Shown: positions 21,401-32,344 of the stretch, in pieces
Layout of the letters: each line of letters starts with the position of its first letter
Position numbering within the stretch: position 1 is the first letter of the stretch
NCBI GenBank assembly: GCA_001643675.2
Contig: LSRY02000004.1
Location: 930,001-994,000, forward strand
DNA length: 64,000 nucleotides
Reading direction: 5' to 3'
Source of the DNA: Monocercomonoides exilis PA203
Lineage: Eukaryota; Protista; Preaxostyla
Made by a program: the position numbers and the translations under genes
The notes under the pieces: model-generated
Told to the model about the DNA's origin: nothing
Database searches by the model: none
Seen by the model: only the letters and a program-made list of their open reading frames with translations

Positions 21401-24400
21401 TGACTGCTTTGAAATAACTTCAATTTCTTTTTGTTCGTCTTCTGATTTTGGCTTTTCGATGCCAATGAAAGTTTCGTCGTTCATAAAGAAAAATGAAGAA
21501 TTTGAAGATGTCCAATATTGCTCATTATAACTTGTGAATTCTCTTTTCAAGGCTTCTTTTTGAGGAATTGCAATCAACAATGAAGAAGAGGAGGAAGCAG
21601 AAGAAGAAGAAGAAGAAGAAGAAGAAGAAGAAGAAGAAGAAGAAGAAGAAGAAGATAAAGAATTTTCTTTAACATCAGGCAAAGGAAGAATATCATCAAA
21701 TGAGTTGGCTAATGTGGATTCATTCTTATTAACTGGTTCTGCAATATCAATTAAAGATTTTTCTTCTTTCTGAAAATCATCATTAATGAAAAGTGCTCGA
21801 TCCAAAGGCTGAGTGGGTTCTGGTTGTTCTTCCTCTTTCTTTTCTGAAGGCTTCGACGAAGTGAGTGTAGCTTTCGCGTTCACTGATTCTGCAAGCATAG
21901 CATCACCATCTTCTTCTGTCTTGGCAGACTTTTTAGTCTGCCTCTCATTTCCAATCACAACATCGTCATTCATAAAGAACAAAGACGATGAAGAAGAAGA
22001 ATAGCTCAATTCATTAAATGAAGACACATTTCGTTCTTTCGATCCAAATGAGCTTAATTCAATGTCAATTGGAGTTCCAATGACAATCGATGATTTCGCA
22101 TCATTTTGTGAAATGTCAGGAGCTGGAATGTTATCAGCAACTGCATATGCCATTGTCAATGGATTCAATTTCATTGGCTGTGGAATCACAATTGACGGCT
22201 TTTCTGTCTTTGAGGCATCCATGTTGGTGAAAAAGACTCTGTTTAAGAGTGGGTGTGGTAATGACGGAACAATAGTAGGTGATGATGAAGATGAAGAAGA
22301 AGTAACAACAAATGAAGATGATTGAAGAGAAGAAGAGGAAGTGAAAGTGGAAGAAGAAGATGTTTTATGCAAAACTTGATCCAATTTAGCATCTTTTTTG
22401 TTATCAGAAGGTTGCAATTCTTCAATGCAGTTTTCTGAAGTCATTTTTGGTTCAACAGTTCCAATCACAACATCATCATTCAAAAAGAACAGAGATGATG
22501 ACGATGACAAATAGCCCAAGTCATTGAAGCACGATGCACTTCGTTCTGGTTTTCTCAATGAATTTGAGGATGATGATGGTGAGAAAGACAAAGAGGAAGC
22601 AGAAGCAGAAGTAGAAGAAGAATCAGAAGAGGAATCTGAAGCTGAAAATGGAGAAATTCCAGGCAAATGCGAATTACTAACAGTGCTTTTTTCTATCTCA
22701 GAAGCATGTGACTCACTTGCGACGCTTTCCGATTTTTCATCTTGTTTCATGTTTCCGATTGTTGTTTCATCATTCAAATAAAAAAGTGAAGAAGCAGAAG
22801 ATGAAAAATTCACATTGTTAAAAGCAGCTTCATTTCTCTCGGGTAATCGAAGTGTATCTAATTTTATTAGCAAAGGAGATCCAATGCTCACTGAAGACTT
22901 CAGTTCATTGTCTGAAACAGAAGGAATGGGGATATTATCAACATCAGCATTTGATAATGTCAATGGACTTGTTTTGAATGGAGAAGGAATAACAATTGAT
23001 GGCTTTTCGCCTTTAGCTGTTTCCAGATTGGTGAAAAATGTTCGGTTCAAAAGCGGATGAGGTCGTGATTGTGCTATTGTTGATATTGGAACAGAAGAAG
23101 GAGGAGCAGAAGCATCAGAAGATGGCGATTTCATTGAAGATGATGCAGATGATGAAGAAGAAACTATGTCTGAAATTGGTTCAATGGTAGCATTTGTAAT
23201 ATTTGTCTGTTTTTCCTTCAGATAGCTTTCTGAATAACTATTCGGCTTAATGTTTCCTGTTGTTTCTTCATCATTCAAGAAGAACAACGATGAAGCAGAA
23301 GATGAAAAGCCTAAATTGTTGAAAGCCGCCTCACTTCTTTGGTATAATTTTGTAGGCTGAATTTTAATTTCTATTGGATTGCCAACAAATACAGATGATT
23401 TAACGTCATTTTCTATCACATTTGGCACAGGAAGAGCATCAACAGAAGAATAAGCCAGTGTGAGTGGATTCCATTTCAAAGGAGAGGGAATCACAATCGC
23501 AGGTTTTTCAGCCTTTGAGGAATCAAAATTGGTGAAGATTGTTCTGTTTAAAAGAGGATGAGGCATTGAAGATGTTCTTTTCTTTTCGGAAACAGATGAT
23601 GATGCAGAAGAAGACGATGCGTTAATGTAATTGAAATTGGAAGAAGAGTTATCAAAAGTCTCTGATAAAGTTTTTGCGACTGAGCTTGTATTTGGTTTGC
23701 ATTCATTTTCATATCCAATTACAGTATCGTCATTAAAATAGAACAACGAAGAAGAAGCTGAAGTCCACGAAAGTTCATTGAAAGCAGTCAGATTCCTCTT
23801 TTCTGTTTGTGTCGAAGGAAGAGCAACGCTCACAGGCTTCCCAATAACGACTGAAGAATTTGTGTCTTTGAATTCTGTGTGAAGAGCGGGAAGTTCGCTT
23901 GCAGTTGAAAAAGCTAAATTTAAAGGATTCACAATAATACTTGGAGGAACAGTAATCGAAGATCTTACTTGTTCTTCCGAACCCATGGTTGAGAAGTGAT
24001 TGTCGTTCAGTAAAGGATGCTGTAAAGGGTTATTCGTGTTCGTTGATAAAGGGTTTCTTGGTTGTGTTGAAGCTTGTTCAATAGCCGGCAAATGTTTTCT
24101 TGAAACAGACAATTGGTTATTCAAGCTAATTGCATCGGGGGTGACTGAATTCACGCAATTAGGTATATGCGTGTGTATGCAATCTTCACTTGAATTTGAA
24201 GTGGCATCTCCGAAAACGGTTGGATCATTCACACAAAAAGATTCAAATGAAGATTCCCGAGATAGAAGGTTAAAGCTTGAAGATCTTTGTCCATTCTTTT
24301 TAAAATCACGTTCATAAGAAATTGAACTATTAACACTATTTGTGTTCGGGTTTTCATTTTCTGAAATTTTCTGGATGCTATCTTCTTCTTTAATGAGCCT

Positions 24401-24628
24401 TTTTCTATCATTCTCAGATTTCATTTTTCTCCTGCTAAACTTCGTTAAGCTTGCTTTTTCCGCAGTGATGATATCATGAATCAAATCTTCTTCGGAGCTA
24501 TGTTTGGAGACAATCCAATTTCTCTCGATATTTGAAGAAGATTCATTTGATAATGACTGAGTTGAAGAATTGATATCAATTTCATTGTTTGAAGCAAACA
24601 AAGGAAAACCGCAACTGGATGTTTGCAT
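15449..24628 (-). CDS. Giant (~3060 aa) Ser-rich protein with about 11 full or partial copies of an unrecognised ~105-aa repeat and a charged C-terminal region
   Basis: Single 9.2-kb ORF; first in-frame ATG at 24628 (MQTSSCG), whereas the ORF track starts at a TTG at 24697. Recurring unit PHPLLNRxFFTN...NPLTLAYS...KSSVxIGxP...FNELSYSSSSSSLFFMNDDVVIG. Confidence 0.85.
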   Translation of the reverse strand: MQTSSCGFPLFASNNEIDINSSTQSLSNESSSNIERNWIVSKHSSEEDLIHDIITAEKASLTKFSRRKMKSENDRKRLIKEEDSIQKISENENPNTNSVNSSISYERDFKKNGQRSSSFNLLSRESSFESFCVNDPTVFGDATSNSSEDCIHTHIPNCVNSVTPDAISLNNQLSVSRKHLPAIEQASTQPRNPLSTNTNNPLQHPLLNDNHFSTMGSEEQVRSSITVPPSIIVNPLNLAFSTASELPALHTEFKDTNSSVVIGKPVSVALPSTQTEKRNLTAFNELSWTSASSSLFYFNDDTVIGYENECKPNTSSVAKTLSETFDNSSSNFNYINASSSSASSSVSEKKRTSSMPHPLLNRTIFTNFDSSKAEKPAIVIPSPLKWNPLTLAYSSVDALPVPNVIENDVKSSVFVGNPIEIKIQPTKLYQRSEAAFNNLGFSSSASSLFFLNDEETTGNIKPNSYSESYLKEKQTNITNATIEPISDIVSSSSSASSSMKSPSSDASAPPSSVPISTIAQSRPHPLLNRTFFTNLETAKGEKPSIVIPSPFKTSPLTLSNADVDNIPIPSVSDNELKSSVSIGSPLLIKLDTLRLPERNEAAFNNVNFSSSASSLFYLNDETTIGNMKQDEKSESVASESHASEIEKSTVSNSHLPGISPFSASDSSSDSSSTSASASSLSFSPSSSSNSLRKPERSASCFNDLGYLSSSSSLFFLNDDVVIGTVEPKMTSENCIEELQPSDNKKDAKLDQVLHKTSSSSTFTSSSSLQSSSFVVTSSSSSSSPTIVPSLPHPLLNRVFFTNMDASKTEKPSIVIPQPMKLNPLTMAYAVADNIPAPDISQNDAKSSIVIGTPIDIELSSFGSKERNVSSFNELSYSSSSSSLFFMNDDVVIGNERQTKKSAKTEEDGDAMLAESVNAKATLTSSKPSEKKEEEQPEPTQPLDRALFINDDFQKEEKSLIDIAEPVNKNESTLANSFDDILPLPDVKENSLSSSSSSSSSSSSSSSSSSSASSSSSLLIAIPQKEALKREFTSYNEQYWTSSNSSFFFMNDETFIGIEKPKSEDEQKEIEVISKQSEILQHSSDSLSSALNCSASAIEHSSSADNKITSGKEMTENKEMHIVESNDASASQTLMLSSIYNTAFPSQSKIPPPPHPLLNRQFFTNPNSSEGEKPSVVIPAPMLISPFLLAYSNVGDLPVPSVTVCKAMASVVIGQSCRCFEQSEEQKPRIHSIFNDLNYSSSSSSLFFLNDDVVIGTEKQKDKAEAEAKQEDEKGALLLNEKAAESFLNKTGKKFFSEEFLNGNLANGKEDFDVNSKANESSSSSKEDSSENSSLSSLPISTSEISKVSEASSAQKQSSHLPSRSSSHLESRHNSSSTTSSSYVSVCNDPYSISSSSPPSSISPSSPSSCIKQSPPHPLLNRAFFTNLDSTKAEKPSITFPSSLKINPLKLAFSSVENLPVPVLSERTAESSVIVGTPHFISLKFSEIPKRFISDFNELTYSSSSSSLFFMNDEVVIGNKNEKSLSEIAPIEMPSNNTVSDDDLNSMATSEAPSLEPLASSSASSSVSSSAAASSPSSASSSSAFSSSSSSSFPEEMKLPSPPHPLLNRAFFTNLDASKSEKSSIIISPPIKLNPITMAYSTVDSIPTPNVTENEVKSSVTIGEPIYIEVKAFVTKERNSSSFNEQSYSSSASSLFFMNDDVVIGNIEPTRACESSSNEPKLSGNDLGSTFVSSVNDVSSSASASSSASSTSASSSSSSSLPSSMPSSSSSLSNATASPSLPHPLLNRTFFTHLDSSKAEKSSVSVPPAIKMNPITVAYSTVDNLPAPNSIENEAKSSIVVGSPVLVQIEAFRQTERKVSVFNDLGYSSSSSSLFFMNDDVVIGNERQTEEPAKKTDNVTISSESLNVKLKQIVTEHSEKKGERQSIPSPSPLNSTLFTNADSSKGVKESIVIAPPIKLTQQNGLIQPVDSKSVPIIAENDQKSSVTIGNPVSLAPLLLTSPLGKQFTLHIPLTSSYVSLSPQNSTRRSKNRLPPLKSPHKTLTSSASSSSFVKSASIFASAPPQITSPDHTNTSHVSDTSNILRTSHSSATSSVPSLPLYKKTASSSGSSASSSSSASDQSLLSFPSPNAIFSAHKLDNEELERLEAATDRLTERLIRKTERQLLKQLEKESARNNREGNTEQANNFEDISERRVAKRDSSRRKMHDNGTEASKQLQDENGKFESYLTLSPKIIKEQPKSQPKEQPKDQKIDMIADNITAESSNPDSENTSAKRVDLTSDSQPTNLECNSSTLTRNSSVSLTPLSNDFASPQKRLPRKTKGNKPVGRRTLLTTQPNETEASSSVQHHNTSSSIPLPLSHSASENSCDEFDKRYKTKVQKNPIEHPQSDEQSQSILSPGTTPPRSSSPQRCASPVISHSRQTEERMSSNRNSAARSSELLKSLRFESEDEAEQRKINAEKKFKKPKTKSPIRTKNSVLKAKKEKEMQQKKEKERILRLEAGWSTRTTATEASALDAYDSTNDKHCLLSSVMQEIKEEKLKERRERRRKMRETQKSLERLEKADGIDAEGAVKRWTMHQSNRSEEREEMFSETRSSGKKRNAFAEERRKENEEYSRNEFRTSSDGFEESHNETLVRNTSLSSSQNLSRSAGRTRQDAPPKEETHTTRDEFPQNENESSNERSNELDDVYDFDQLSTFVQSYDHNGDNDDEKLVTQVIECPISSAPKSMSTSSFATSSGEPFSSPFSSASSSTASLTASNASISTASSHSSSISPSRNYLHRRSRRQSPVKPSKVSQALLKQVKVTYSSVGLPNTHSRSRLRTLTHEKGEKMDHQKDGKFASKERQKKLLKESHKREQASFPESSSTRLPSISQKTESYEEASFNYYDRKKETPSYNTTPELEEYELKSLMKHIHSTSQETLHTIHETDVTQSSSSSRRSSVILQSFDNTFSIERQNDNFESISVPSSSAFSNPDYQTESQLTSTLPPFSEQHKIAGKQTLRASSSKRTKISPTPSSTVFSKKGTHSSSTKQALGKKEREAYFSESTAPQQNAHCLPPLHAS

Positions 24629-25573
24629 AGTTTGTTTTATGTTTTTTGATATCACTAATTTTCCGAATAAAAATTTACCAATACACCGAAAAGACAAATA
24701 CGAAAATATTATTGTATAATTGATAAATATAAATGTAAATAAATGAATCGATTAACACCACTCTACAATAAATATGTGTTTTTCAACCTTCTTATTTTTA
24801 ATGTGAGTTCTCTCGTTTGAATCCTTTTATCGCTCAAAAAAGCGAAATTGGAAAATTTGGGATTCTAGAAACAAAGTTCCAAAAGATATTGATATTAAAG
24901 AATTCACATATTTGCACAATAGCAATAACAAATATAAAACCTTACTAAATGTGTTAGATAAGCCAAGAAAGAAAAAGTTTGCGAACACATACCCAATATT
25001 GTTTTTGGTGGAATCATTTTTTATTGGTATGAATCATAATTGTGTTATCTGTCTCAAAAAAGTGAGTGCAGTTAATTTAAATAATAAAATTCATCTGGAA
25101 TCTAATTATTTGAATTCACAATTAAAAATTGATTAATCCTTCCTAAAAATCCTCAAATGGAAGAAATTCAACATAAAATGAAACCTCAAAACAATAAATA
25201 TATTTGAGGATTTGAAAAAATGAAAGAAGAAAAAAACAAAATAGAAAAGAAGAAGAAGAAGAAAAGAAGTTATTTCAGGTTTGAAATGAATCTGATTTAA
25301 CAATTGATCAGAATAAAGAAAACGTTCCTCAAGAAATGGACCTCTAAAATAAAATGAGAAAATAAGCAACAAACAAAAGAAGAAAAAGCAACACAATAAA
25401 TATAAATTATAATTCAATTATTTGCTATGAACTTTAACCTATAGAAAAAAATTTTTAAAAACAAAGAAAAGAAAAGAAATTCTAACGAAATTCAATATAA
25501 AAAAATAAATATTGTATTTTCAATTTGTTTAATGATAAGAAATAATAATATGAATAGTCAACTGTCAAAAGCC

Positions 25574-25974
25574 TTAATTTTTATGTCTTCGGGTGAAAAG
25601 ACTCAAAAATCCGTTTTTCGGCTTTGAAGGAGGAGGTGTGTTAGATCTGTTTTTGACACTGGGAGGAGGAAGGATGGCAATATGAGTGGAACGAGAGGGA
25701 GGAGAACGGGGTGGATAATCAGAAGAAGAAGAAGAAGAAGAAGAAGAAGAAGAAGAATGTCTTGAATAATCAGAAGAATGAGAAGAAGATGAAGAAGGAG
25801 AAGGAGATGTAGAATAATCTGTGTATTGAGTAGATTTTGCATTGAGCGGGTCAAAAGGTGTTGTTTCTGGATAAAACTGGAACTGTTGATACGAATTTGT
25901 GGCTTGTGAGTGTGAAGATGGATTCATATGATAAGGAGAAGAAGAGGGGAATGAAGAAGAAGAGGAGGAAGGAA

Positions 25975-26005
<31 letters not shown>

Positions 26006-29000
26006 AGGAAAAGAAGAGGAAGAAGATGATGATGATGTTTTGGGGGGAATAGAGGTGAAAAATGAGTTGATGTCTGTTATGATATCTTCAATCTCTTTAT
26101 CGTTTGACTCAGCAGGTATTTGATTGTGAGTGCGCTGCTTAGAAGAAGGAGAAGAAGAAGAAGATGGATCATTTGAAATGGATGGAAAAGAAGAGGAAGA
26201 AGAAGATGATGATGAAGACGAAGTATTTCGTCTTTCATCAGAAAATGGATGAATATCGCTTTCTTCGACAATGATGAAGTGATGACCCGAAGAAGAGAGT
26301 CTTGACGAAGGAGAAAGAGAACGAGACTGCTGGCGATACGGATAAACAGAAGAAGAGGAGGAAGAGGAAGAGGAAGAGGAGGAAGAAGGAGAAGGAGAGG
26401 AAGAAGAAGAAGAAGAAGGTGGAATGGAAGGAGGAGGTCTGTTTGGAGGAGGTTTGTTGCGAGGAATGGAAAGATGAGTGGGGAGAATGTAAGTTCGCTG
26501 TTGAGAGGGAGAAGGAGAAGAGGAAGAGGAAGATGATGATGATGATGATGATGAAGGATTAGCTGTGTCAACATCCAAAGGCTGATGTGGAGGAGGTGTT
26601 TGGAAAGGAAGATCGATGTGTGGCATGGAAAAAGAGGAAGGAGATGGAGACAAAGAAGATGAGGAAGAGGAAGAAGGGGAAGAAGGGGAAGAAGAAGAAG
26701 GCTGCTGAGAATCAAATCCATTATATTTATCTTCATCTTTATCTTTGTTATCCATTTCTTGTCTGTTCTCTGAAAAAGACGAAAGAGAACTCGAAGAATT
26801 TCCCTGTGGAATGCCAAATGCATCGTTATCCTTCAGAATCTTCGTCTGCGAGCTGAGAAGAGTCGAAGACTTATAAAATGAAGAGTTTGCAAACATCGAC
26901 GGCTCATCGTTGGAATATGAATGAGATGAAGAAGCAGAAGATGATGGTGGATGTTGTGTTGAACCTCCAAATGCATTCCTTTCTGTTCTATTCGCTCCTC
27001 CAAAACTTGAAGAACTTCCCCTTCCATTTCCTCCTCTCCCTCCCTTTCCTCTTCCATTCTTCCCTTCTCCCTCTCCTCCTCCTTCCTTCTCCTTCTCCTC
27101 CTCTTCCTCCTCCTCTATCTTCCCATTGATAAACATCGCTGCCTCCTCAAACGCCCTCGACTCCGTTCCCACGGGAAACACCTGAAGCGGATTGGCAAAC
27201 GAGTTGTCCAGCACCACTCCATCCAGAATGCTCTTTGCCTCTCTCAGCGCCTGCGCCGTGGCTGCTGCTGCCCTCCTTCTCACTCTGCTCGCACGGGACA
27301 TCCGGAGAAGCGTGTCAAATTGCTCCACACGATACATCGCCTCCACCAGCCGCTGCTGCATCTGCTGCTTGGTGCGGTCAACAAGCACGTATTTGATGCA
27401 TTTGGGAAGGAATATGGCGATTTCACGACGGATGATGGAGGAATAGTGGGAGACAAGAAGAGAAATGGCGATGGCTTTTTCTTCTTCCGTCAGAAGGAGG
27501 ATTGATCGAAGGGTTTGGAGATGGAGGGAAGAGGAGTAAGATGAAGGGGAGGCTGAAAGAAGAGAAGTTGATGAGGAGAGCGGTGAAGTGTTTGATGGTT
27601 GAAATTGAGATGAAGATGAAGGAATTGAAGAAGAAGAGGAGGAGGAAGAGGAGGAAGGAAAAGAGGAAGAAGAAGAAGAGGAAGAAGAAGAAGCAGCAGG
27701 TAAATTGTGTGTTGAAGGATGATTATGTGGAATTATGCTGTTATCTGCAACAGTCCTTAGTGAAGAAGTGGCTGCAGCAAACGCAGCAGGAGGCGGGGCC
27801 GTCTCTTGAATAACTGAACGATTTGAAGCTTCATTGCTCTTTTTCTTGTCTGTCAGTGTGTTTTCCTTTTCATCCTTCTTCGCTTTTGATTTCTTGTTTG
27901 CTTTTTTCGTGTCTTTCTCTTCTGAATCGCCAAATAATGACTCAAACGTCTCCTTCGGCTTGTTGTCTTTCTCGTCGCCTCTGTTCAGCGTCCTCCCTCT
28001 TTTCTCTGCTTCATGTGGTTGCTGAGGCTGTTGAGGCTGTGGTTGTGGCTGTAGTTGTGATCGAGTCTGCCTTTGTTGCATTTGTATATTTTGTTGCTTC
28101 ATGTTCAGCTGCTCCTTCTCATTCTGATTTCCCAATATCCCCTTCATATGCTCCTCCTGCCTGCTCTCTTCAATCTTCCTCAGAAACGGCTGCAAACACA
28201 CATCTGCATTGAACAGTGGGTTGTCTGTGTTCACCGCATCCATCTCTACATCAATCATCCCATTTACCACTCTTGTTGCCTCTTCCTCTGCCTCTTTTAA
28301 AAACAACAAGATTTCTTCAGTCAGCTTCTGCCGCAGCTGCGGAAACATCGCCAGCTTCTGCCTCATCCTCTGGCTTGACAGAATTCTCTTTGCCACTTTC
28401 TGGCAGACTTCCCCCGACTTCACGCACAACTCCACAAAAACTGGGCGGAAACGCGAAATGACGCGGGAGCAGAGGTTGCGGAAGACAAGTTCGGGCATAA
28501 AGATCGTTGGGGTGATGCCCTCCGCGTTCTGCATGGTGATCATAAGGGAAGACAATGAAGATGAAGAAGAAGAGGTTGAAGAAGATGATGAATATGGTGG
28601 ATGTGATGAATATGATCCATAGACTTGAACTGTTTCATCTGCTCTTGGCTCCAACGAAATGGAAGACACAGAATGGACAAGATGCTCATTGAAGAGATAG
28701 TTCAGCCTTGCTCCTCCACGAAGCAGCGAAATCGGCGCCTCGTGTGGCAACGACTGTGTCTTCCAGCCTTCACTTTTTAATTTCTCTTTCTCCTTCTCCT
28801 TTTCTTTCTCTTGTTCCTTCTCTCTTTGTATCTCATTCATCAGCTGTGATGCAGTGAGTGATGTTTCGAGTGCTCTTCTTTTCCTCCGCCTTCTTTTTTT
28901 CTTCCCTTCGCCAGCATTCCCCGTGCTGTCTAACATATCACTCAACGATGCAGTAGACTCGCCCAACATAAACACCTTGCTGCCAGCATTTGGATCAAGA

Positions 29001-30253
29001 CTCTCATTTTCAAATGCTTCATCGCTGCCATAATAATCGTATTCCTCCTCTTCCTCGTCTTCCCCTGCTCGCACCGTCCCTTCCAGTTCTGCGGTGTAGT
29101 CTGCACTGAACTCAGATATCACACTCAGCACAAACGCACCTTGCTGCCCTTTGAACCCCATCCTCAGACTTTCTCGCTCCATGCGCCTGCTTTGAATGAT
29201 GTGATCGTTTTGCTCAGAGTCTGCTCCGCTTTTCTTGGCTTCTTCAGCTTCTTTCTCTTCTTCTTCCTCCAAAACGCATTCTTTGTTCAGCCATTCCATG
29301 TTGTCACCAAATTTTCCGACTTCAAGAAGTTCCTCTGCTCGGCTTAAGTTATAATTAATCTTTTTCTTCACAACAGGAATCTGATCACAAATGCATTTCA
29401 TAAGTAATTTACTGAGTGTTTCTCCGAGAAATTGAGAGCCGCATTGCTTACAATAACGCCCATAAACTGGATGAGTAGAAAAAAACATGGCTTCGTCTGC
29501 AATTGAATCTTTCACCGTCTTTCCAGTATCTATGTCATGTTGAGAGCGAAGGCTGAGCCCAACATAACCAAGCCGAAGAGGAAGCAGACGATTTTCCAAA
29601 ACATCTGACATATCTGTTCCAATGTCAACGAGGTCAAGTTTTGTCACAACTCCTATAGTTCTATAACCTTGTGGATCATAAATTTTTGCAATTTTCAGAG
29701 CATCACTATTTGCGATATCAGAGTTTCCAGGTGAAATAGCCAAAATTATTGTGTTTTTCGGTTTTATTTGCTCTGTTATCATGTTTTCAATTTGTTGGCC
29801 GATATCTTGTGGTTGTCCTTTTAATGCAACTTTTGTCATTCCAGGAAGATCCACTAAAATTAAATTTGGAACACTGCATGAATGGATTGTTAAATAAATT
29901 GGAGTATGTGATATCCCCTTATTACTCCCAGCAATTCTATTCGTGTCATCCTGAATTTCTTTCCTAATCAAAGAAAAATCGGTAAAATGTTTCCCTTTCA
30001 AATGGCTGAATTCTCCCCATTCTGAATTTTCGGAAAGATTATCATCATGAACAAGAGTTAAAATAAGAGGCCTTCTTGTGACAATTCCTGTTCCCCTTGG
30101 AAGAAAATCTCTTTGTACAAGAGCCTCAATTACGCTACTTTTCCCGCTACTTTGAGATCCAACAACAACAATCTTAGGGAGTTCAACTGGTGGAGCCCTA
30201 ACTCTATTGAAAACTTCCATAAGTTTGCTCAGAGCTTGGACCAAAGAATCCAT
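25574..30253 (-). CDS. Dynamin-related GTPase (Vps1/Drp1-like GTPase, middle domain and GED) with low-complexity insertions and a Ser/Pro-rich tail
   Basis: G1 LPKIVVVGSQSSGKSSVIE; signature FLPRGTGIVTRRPL; G3 DLPG; G4 TKLD; middle-domain GGARLNYLF; GED-like LLVSHYSSIIRREIAIFLPKCIKYVLVD..ALREAKSIL. Confidence 0.93.
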
Positions 30254-30817
30254 TTGTATAAAGATTTATTCCCCAATAAATATTTTCTCTGAAAAAATAT
30301 AAAAATGGGCACTTAGGTTTATCATCAATTTCTTTTTATTGAGAGCCTCAAACATGAATTTGAAAGGTATAAATCATAATTCAAAAATGAAATGATTAAT
30401 TCTTCAAATAATATTTTTTTCCATTGCTTTTTTTTTGATTTAGTAAACGAAAATTCAAATAATATATTTGATAAATTGAGAATTCTATTTTTTGAAGACT
30501 ATCATAAATTAGATTCTTTCTTTTCATGATAAGAATTCTCTTTTTCGATAAAATTTTGAGAGAAAAGCTATTTATTTTCCATAAAAATATCAAATTTGAG
30601 AAATAAAATTTGATAAAAATTTAAAATAATAATTGGATTAATGATGTGGAATGAAAATTTAAAAATATACATAAAAATGGCTCAAAAAAAGTAAAATTCA
30701 AATTTGTAACTTATAAACATCTGATTTAAGAATGAAATGGATATATTATCAACAAAAAGAATATTTTGGAAATAAACGGAAGCGTTTAATAAAGATCATA
30801 AAAGTGTATTAACTCTC

Positions 30818-32344
30818 CTAAAACACAAATTGAATAAGCAGAAATCCAACAATGATGATGATGATCACGATTATAACGATATACAAGCATCTGTTACTTT
30901 GATTAGCCTGAATGAACAGAAAGAAGAATGCACAATTGTTTGAATAAATATATAATCATTAACGTAATAATCACGAATTATTAAATTTTTTAAAAAAAAA
31001 AGCAAAAATAAGTTAAAACACACAACAGACTGAACTTTATCTGCAGTTTTGTTCATCTGTTCAATCTTGCTGTTTGTCTTCGACATGTGGTCATCCAAGG
31101 AGTCAAGCATAACATCTTGCTTGTCCAATTCCTATTCAAAATTATAGATTTTTAAAAGAAAAATTGAAATTCAATTCTCAAATGGTTTTATAAATAAAAT
31201 ACACACATCTCCCATTGCAGTCGCAAGCTCTTTGAGCACAGAAATGTTGCCTTCAATCACTTCGAGATATTGGTCCTCCTAAGAATCATTAATTATTTGT
31301 TTCAATAATATATTCATAAAAAAGAAAAGAAATGTAAAAAGAAAGCATAAATGACTCAATAAATAGAAAAATCTCAGAAAATCTTCAAAAAAAATTTTTT
31401 TAATAGAAAGCTACATCGACTTCAAGTTTCTTCATTAACACACAATTTCTTCCTCTCTCTGGAGCAGCTGCTGCCATTGATCCTCATATGCACTTGGCTC
31501 TTGAGAAACTGCAGTAAAATTATTTGGATCAATATGAATTCCGCCCTTTGTGGATATAGAAGAAGATGATGAAGACGATGATGGCATTTGAGTCACTAAA
31601 ATCATTGAAAAAAAAAGTTTAAAGTGTGTGACATAAATTTGAAAGAATCATTGAAAAGACAATACTTTCAATGCCCCGCATAAGTTCTGATCGCGATGTA
31701 CTTGCCCCTTCTCCTGAACCTGCATCAAACAATTCTTGGCATATTTGATAAAAACTATAAAGAAATTAAGAAATAATTATTTTGAAAATATACTAAGATG
31801 CAAAAATGAAAGATACTCTCTTGCATTATCAAGTCCTGCCTGTTTCTGTGCCAGAAGTTTCTTCTTTTTTGGATCCTAAAGTTAAAAATTGAAACATCTG
31901 TTTACGAAAGCCATTAAGATCAAACCTTTGAATCGCCAAATTTTTTTTCTGTATTGCTAACATCCTTTTCAAGATACTTTAACATATCTTGGGCATCTGC
32001 TAAGTCTCTTCTGCATCTTGCGTTAAGTTGAATTGAATCAGCATTTTTGCCTTGCTTTGCAACTATTTTATCGCGTTGAATCAAGTCCTTTAAAGAATAA
32101 TTATTCAATATTAATAATACAGGTTTGCAAAAAACGATTTATAACTGAAAACCTCTCTAACGCGCGTTAGCAAAGAAAGAAGACGTTTCCTTTCAGTTCC
32201 AAATCGATCATTTCTTCTTTTTTCCAATTCTTCTGGGGAAAGACATTTTTCAACAACATAATTAAGGCGACGTTCCATGTTATCCAGTTCTCTTATCGCC
32301 TTTTTTAATTGCGCACTCCCTCCAGCAACACCGTTGGAAGACAT
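30818..32344 (-). CDS. Qc-SNARE, SYP7-like, multi-exon
   Basis: Spliced exons give a helical N-terminal domain (..SIQLNARCRRDLADAQDMLKYLEK..), a SNARE motif EDQYLEVIEGNISVLKELATAMGD-ELDKQDVMLDSLDDHMSKTNSKIEQMN with central Q, and a C-terminal TM CLYIVIIVIIIIIVGFLLIQFVF-stop. Confidence 0.8.

Noticed and set aside
13526-32344. Alpha-SNAP, dynamin and a SNARE within 19 kb as a trafficking gene cluster
   Set aside because: Mixed orientation, an unrelated gene in between and no shared regulatory motif seen; probably chance.
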